A DNA stretch of 64,000 nucleotides. Source: Bilabrum cf. latius (lineage: Eukaryota). The position numbers were made by a program, and so were the translations under genes. The notes beneath the pieces were generated by a model. It was not told where the DNA came from. It did not search any database and worked only from the letters and a program-made list of their open reading frames with translations. This document shows positions 59,397-64,000 of the stretch, piece after piece. The stretch covers positions 372,001 through 436,000 of the forward strand of contig OZ237751.1 of the NCBI GenBank assembly GCA_965178125.1, in the 5' to 3' direction. Positions within the stretch are counted from its first letter, which is position 1, and each line of letters starts with the position of its first letter.

Positions 59397-61100
59397 ATGA
59401 TTCGCAGCAGTAAAGGTACACGAACTCTACATCTACCGAGGTGCTGGCTTGATCCCGGGGTATCAAGGCCGCATAGCCGCTTCACATGGAACTGGAGGCG
59501 GGCCTACCAGGGTACTCCATTAATAGGCTCCAGCATCGACGATTTCACAAAGGATTTGCAAAGTCGCGGAGTGGGTAGTAGAATGGGAAGAACCTTGTGG
59601 ATGCATGCGCACAGACGAGCTTGCACCAGCCTGCAACAGCTCTTCGATGAGTTATCTGTGTCTGATCGAATCGCACAGGCAGTTCGTGAAGGATGGGCGG
59701 ACAACATGGGTTCGCCTAAGGAAATCATGTCACAGTAGAGTCTAGACGGTACTTCAAAGTGGTTGCTGCGGTTTGATTCGCATCCTCAGAAGCAGCAGCA
59801 AGCCAACAAGATGGCTGCGCCTGTTGAAATTGAGACTGTGTTCATCCCAGAAGACGACCAGGTCGTTGCGAAGCCCGATCGCAGCAAGGGAAGCACTGGT
59901 GGTATCGATTATATGGGCCGGGGCACCGTTTGCGTGTCCTCCCAGGCCGGTTGCTCGCTGGGCTGCACGTTTTGCTCGACTGGTCGCATGGCCCTGCAGC
60001 GCAACCTAGCCCCTCACGAGATCGTATGGCAGCTACTGTGGGTGCGGAAGGCACTGGGGGATCTACCACTGCCGCCAAATGCACCCAAACCGGAAGAATC
60101 GCCCAGTTGTTCCCCACGATCCCATGGTGCGGTTCCCCTCAAAGCAGCCCAGCACTCCTACCGCGCATCCAACGTGGTGTTCATGGGGCAAGGGGAGCCA
60201 CTCTTGAACTGGAGAGCGGTGAAACGCGCGGCAAGTACCATAACAACGGCGGGTGGGTGCGCGGTGGCTCCCCGCAAGCTGACAATATCCACCAGCGGGA
60301 TCGCCCCGGCCATCCCAAAGGTCAGGACGGAGCTCGGGGTATCCTTGGCGCTATCACTGCACGCCCCCACAGATGAGCTGCGGTCCCAGCTGATGCCCAT
60401 CAACAGGTACCACCCCTTGGACCATGTCATGAAGGCAGTCAAGTAGTATTCCGTTGCCCAAGGACCAGCAGACCCTGCGAAGCCCAAGGTCACTAGCTTG
60501 GCAGGCTCAAGCGGGACTGCATCCAGACCGGACGACGAGTCAACGGTGACTTCCCCAGCCGTCGCTGGGGCATCGAATGCCGGCAACGGATCAAAGAAGC
60601 GGGCCAAGCCCCGCAGAGTGCTCGTTGAGTACGTGATGATCAGGGGAGTCAACGATAGCCCCGAGCACGCCCGGCAGCTGGGAAGCCTCCTTCAGGAGCA
60701 CGGGCTGAACGCTCACGTGAACCTGCTTCCTTTCAATCCATTTGCGGGGAGTGATGGTGACGACGATGCCATCGTCGGGAATGAGGCAATGCCAGTACAA
60801 ACAGAAAGTGGATTGCCGGCCAGCGACGCAAGTGTTGACGCCAGCGAAAGTGGCGGCGCAGGTGACGCCGCAGACCCGTCCACATACGCCCCTTCTCCTC
60901 GCGAGAGCTTGCTCGCGTTCTCCTAGGTGCTTCAGGGGGAGCCGTGGAGGGTCAGCTGCAACGTGAGGTGGCCTCGTGGAGTGGACATCGATGCGGCGTG
61001 CGGGCAGCTCAGGCAGAAGTACGGCGATCAGGTGAAGCGGGCACAGGTTGGCACGGGGTAGCAGGCAGGGGACTTTGGCGGGGATCTGCGGTTCCAATGA
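59397..61100 (+). CDS. rlmN: RlmN/Cfr-family radical-SAM RNA methyltransferase, about 567 aa; TAG at 59736, 60444, 60924 and near 61059; ends TGA
   Basis: [69 protein letters not shown], and C-terminal [12 protein letters not shown] (catalytic Cys) located after the TAG at 60924. Confidence 0.92.
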
Positions 61101-61225
61101 AAGCGGGGACGGGGCAATGGATGGCAATGAGTCGTGCGTTGAATGCGCTTGCACAGAAGGAATTTGCACGAAGCATAACGTGGACTCGTGGGATGCCCGC
61201 TCGTGCCTTCCACCACCAAACACAA

Positions 61226-62650
61226 TCAAAGTAGCCGAAGCGAGCCCGTCACCGCGTCAACCTTGCTCTCCCTGGCTGGCCCTACAGCCAGCACGGTGCG
61301 AGTGCCTGGGGCCACCTCCGTCCTGCCCGCATCCGTGATGCCGTTGGCAAGCAGCCCGCGCTCCCTGGCCGCAGTCTGCACGCGCCTCATGTCGCCCTCA
61401 TCCTTGGCTTTGACCACCACGATCTTCTCCCCGGATCCGACCCACTCCGCCAGCTCTCCAGGGGTCTTCTCCTGCGCCTCTCGGAATCCAGCCAGAGCCG
61501 CATGGCAGCATTGCGCGGCGAGCTTGCCGGCGCTCATGCCCAGATCCTCCCTTGCCACGATCACCATCTTGCGCCTCTCCTGCCCCCCTGCCTCGCCGCC
61601 ACCCAGGACGCCACGAAGTGCCATGTGCAGGCTGGCTGCAACCTGGGCGCCTAGCTCCTCGGCCCCTGGTGCATCGGCTCCGGACGAGCCACCGTCCCCG
61701 GCGCCTCCGCCCGCAGTCCCCTGGCGAGCAGAGCTGCTGCCAGCCGCCTGCCTCTCCCCGCTCTCTGCCAGGTCAGCGAGGACTCCATCGAGGGCTGCTT
61801 CCAGCGCTAAATACTCTGCATCGTGACCGCTCCCTGCTGCATCGGTTCCTCCTGTTCCTGTCTCTTCTTCCTCTTTGGCGATAGGCACCTTGGGCTTCCC
61901 TGCCGCCGCCGATAGGGAAGCCCACGCAGGCGGCGCATCGCTGGAATCCACCCCGACAGTCCCGTCCTGCACCTAGGCACATACGCTGCGAATGATGCTC
62001 ATGGCAACCTTCAGCTGCTCCTCGCGAGGCACGTCTCGGTGGGCGGGGACATGGACGAACTACGAGGTCGAGCACTTGCTCGAGGAGGTCAAGTGCAGGG
62101 AGCTGTACAGCATGTAGTTGCATATGAACATGCCCGCATCATCGGTGCACTCGATTTTCTCGCGAGAGCTGCCGGCGCGCTCGTCTGCTCGCACGCAAGC
62201 TGCCGCAAGCTTAGCGTCAACCTTTACTTGGAGAGTGTCCGGGGCGCTTGGCACCACTGGAACAGGAAACATTTGCGATTCGCCAGACTCGTCTGAAAAC
62301 ATCCACTATGCACAATTTCTGCCAGTGCATTCGAGCCTAAAGTTGGGGTAGCCGTCATACACACCAAAATGGACGAGAACGGCGCGGTCGTGGGATTGCC
62401 ACTGCGCCTTTAGCTGCTTCGCAACCGACACAAGCCCCTCCTTCACGCCACCCCTGCTAACATGAAGCACTTCTGCAGACGCCAGGTGCACGTACTCTGG
62501 CAGAGAGCCACTGTCTTTTGCAAATAGGGCTTGGATGTCTTCAATCAATGCTGTAGTTGGGTTATTCTCGACACCATGAAACTTTCCGAACCCTGTAAGA
62601 CACAGCAGGACGCGACCTTTCTCAGTCTATCGTTCAGCTACACCAGCCAT
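61226..62650 (-). CDS. Pyroglutamyl-peptidase I (C15) fused to peptidyl-tRNA hydrolase 2 (Pth2), about 474 aa; TAG at 62627, 62306, 62060, 61973; ends TGA
   Basis: N-terminal part: LTGFGKFHGVENNPT, HFGV, RLE, DAGMFICNY, FVHVP (Glu/Cys/His triad). C-terminal part: KMVIVAREDLGMSAGKLAAQCCHA, GEKIVV, DAGRTEVAPGTRTVLAVGP, VDAVTGSLRLL. All in one frame. Confidence 0.8.
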
Positions 62651-62782
62651 GCTGCGGTGCCTTTGCTGCGAGAATGAAAGATGTGCAAATACATTGAACC
62701 ACCACTCATCACTGGTTGGCACTGCAACTGCCCAGGTGGGCAGCCCACCACAGCAAGACAGCACCACTGCTCCCATTGCAAC

Positions 62783-64000
62783 ATGCAGCAGTCGATATTT
62801 ACAAACGATTTGAGCGAGGAGGACGCCGTAAAGCTCGTGCGGGAGGGAGCTAGCATCGCCTGCGTGGATGTGCCTCCGGGGACTTCGTTCGGGATCGACT
62901 TGGCCAGCTTTTAGACAGGCACTGGATTCATGGGATTCAAGATGGTCCCACCAGGCGCACATTTCTTGTATTTTTCGTCCAAGAAGAAGGGGAATGGCTC
63001 CGCATTGGCCGAAGGAGACTCAATCGGCGGCTCCACGACGAGCCGGCAGGGCCTGTTCGTGTGGGCTCATCCGCGAGGTTCTCGCGCATTCCGCTGGTCC
63101 GCCCCCGAGGAAGATATTGATGATGAATCCTTGTTGCCTGGTGACCTCGCGTAGCGATGGAAGGCGTCTGCCCGTGCAGGCGCTCTGGATGGCCAGCTGG
63201 GTGCGTACCCCCTGCGGCTGCTCAAGCGCTGGCGCAACCTGACCGGCCACATATCTGATGACCTGCTGCATCGATTAGGCTCTTAGCCTGATAGAGAAGC
63301 GTGGCTGTCCCAGCGTCGAGCCAGGGACAGCGCCAGGTCCTCGAGAGCAGCCTATTTGAGCGAGCAGAGGGACCGGAAGCAATTGCGCGCCAGGCTCGCA
63401 CAAGCCGCGGCCCCAGAGCCGGCCGCGAAAGAAACTGCCGCGCAGGCCAGCATGCAAGACGATAGCGGTGAAGACTAGAAAGCAGCATTGCAGGCTCCCA
63501 GCGCGGCAGGAGGAGCAGCAATGGACCCCGAAGGGACAGGCGCCTCTGCTGCAAGCGCGCGGGCCCAAGACGACCGAGCCAGGGCCGCCATCGAGTCCAA
63601 GTACGGGACAGCCAGCCTGCCGCCCAACCATCTTCAAGGGGCGGACCCATCGCACTCGTCACATGCCCATGGAGCTGCAACCCCTGGCCGCGCGACGATG
63701 TCTCGCCCGTCCCCCGTTTCCAAGACGAGCAGTCCCATGGCGGATCTGCTATTCCCTGAGCTCGCCGAAGGTTCGCCAAAGGTTCCTCTTAACGCTGCGC
63801 ACAGGGGTTTTATGGCTGCGGGTGAAACAGAGACGAGGCACGTGGTGGGTCCGAGTCCGAGCCAGTCCCCGTTGCGCGGCGGTGTGGCTGATGCTGCGTG
63901 CACTGCAGGGTCTAGCGCGGCAGCGGTTGGCAGCAGTTCTGCAGCGCACGTAGGGTCCGCCAGGGGAGGGTCACCGGTGCCTTCATATTCGGTTTCTGCT
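62783..64000 (+). CDS. AAR2: AAR2 (U5 snRNP assembly factor), 5' part; runs off the window end; TAG at 62912, 63152 and two more near 63284 and 63476
   Basis: DVPPGTSFGIDLASF*TGTGFMGFKMVPPGAHFLYFS and LDGQLGAYP...WRNLTGHIS match the AAR2 N-terminal domain. The frame stays open to 64000 if TAG is sense. Confidence 0.85.

Noticed and set aside
57422-62650. Bacterial operon or contamination (ybeY-, rlmN-, pcp-, eamA-like genes)
   Set aside because: The genes alternate strands, share the TAG code with intron-containing neighbours, and sit beside AAR2. They are better explained as nuclear genes, some for organellar proteins.
3790-64000. Mass pseudogenisation (or RIP-like C->T decay) as the cause of in-frame stops
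   Set aside because: The stops are exclusively TAG, with no frameshifts over 40 kb. Catalytic motifs are intact in essential genes. General C->T decay would also create TAA and TGA.
3790-64000. Pyrrolysine or programmed/leaky readthrough
   Set aside because: There are no pyl genes and the genome is eukaryotic. TAGs occur at non-catalytic positions, in doublets and more than 60 times in one ORF, with no shared downstream context. Leaky readthrough could not yield full-length product.

Overview
GC-rich, gene-dense eukaryotic (protist-like) nuclear DNA. The evidence for this is GT-AG introns plus the genes for CstF-64 and the spliceosome assembly factor AAR2. The ORF track looks shattered only because it uses the standard code. 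In this window TAG behaves as a sense codon, most likely Gln, while TGA (10 of 11 complete genes) and apparently TAA (1 of 11) terminate. Reading TAG as sense collapses the fragments into 12 coherent genes: CstF-64/Rna15, YbeY, a secreted GH99/GH71-like protein, a BRK-domain protein, a two-domain rhodanese, two tandem Cys-rich ERF4/GOLGA7-like paralogs, an EamA/DMT transporter, RlmN, a pyroglutamyl-peptidase I/Pth2 fusion, AAR2 (truncated by the window end), and one apparently intronless 40.3-kb ORF (50383->10091, about 13,430 aa). The giant ORF encodes a cell-surface protein with FG-GAP-like, C-type lectin, SUEL lectin, PAN, FTP/F5-8-like, IPT/TIG, mucin-like and multi-TM parts. The first 3 kb holds two G-rich minisatellite arrays of opposite polarity, followed by a cluster of phased TGATAC motifs. 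All domain calls are by-eye motif recognition, not database searches. The taxon cannot be determined from this window.
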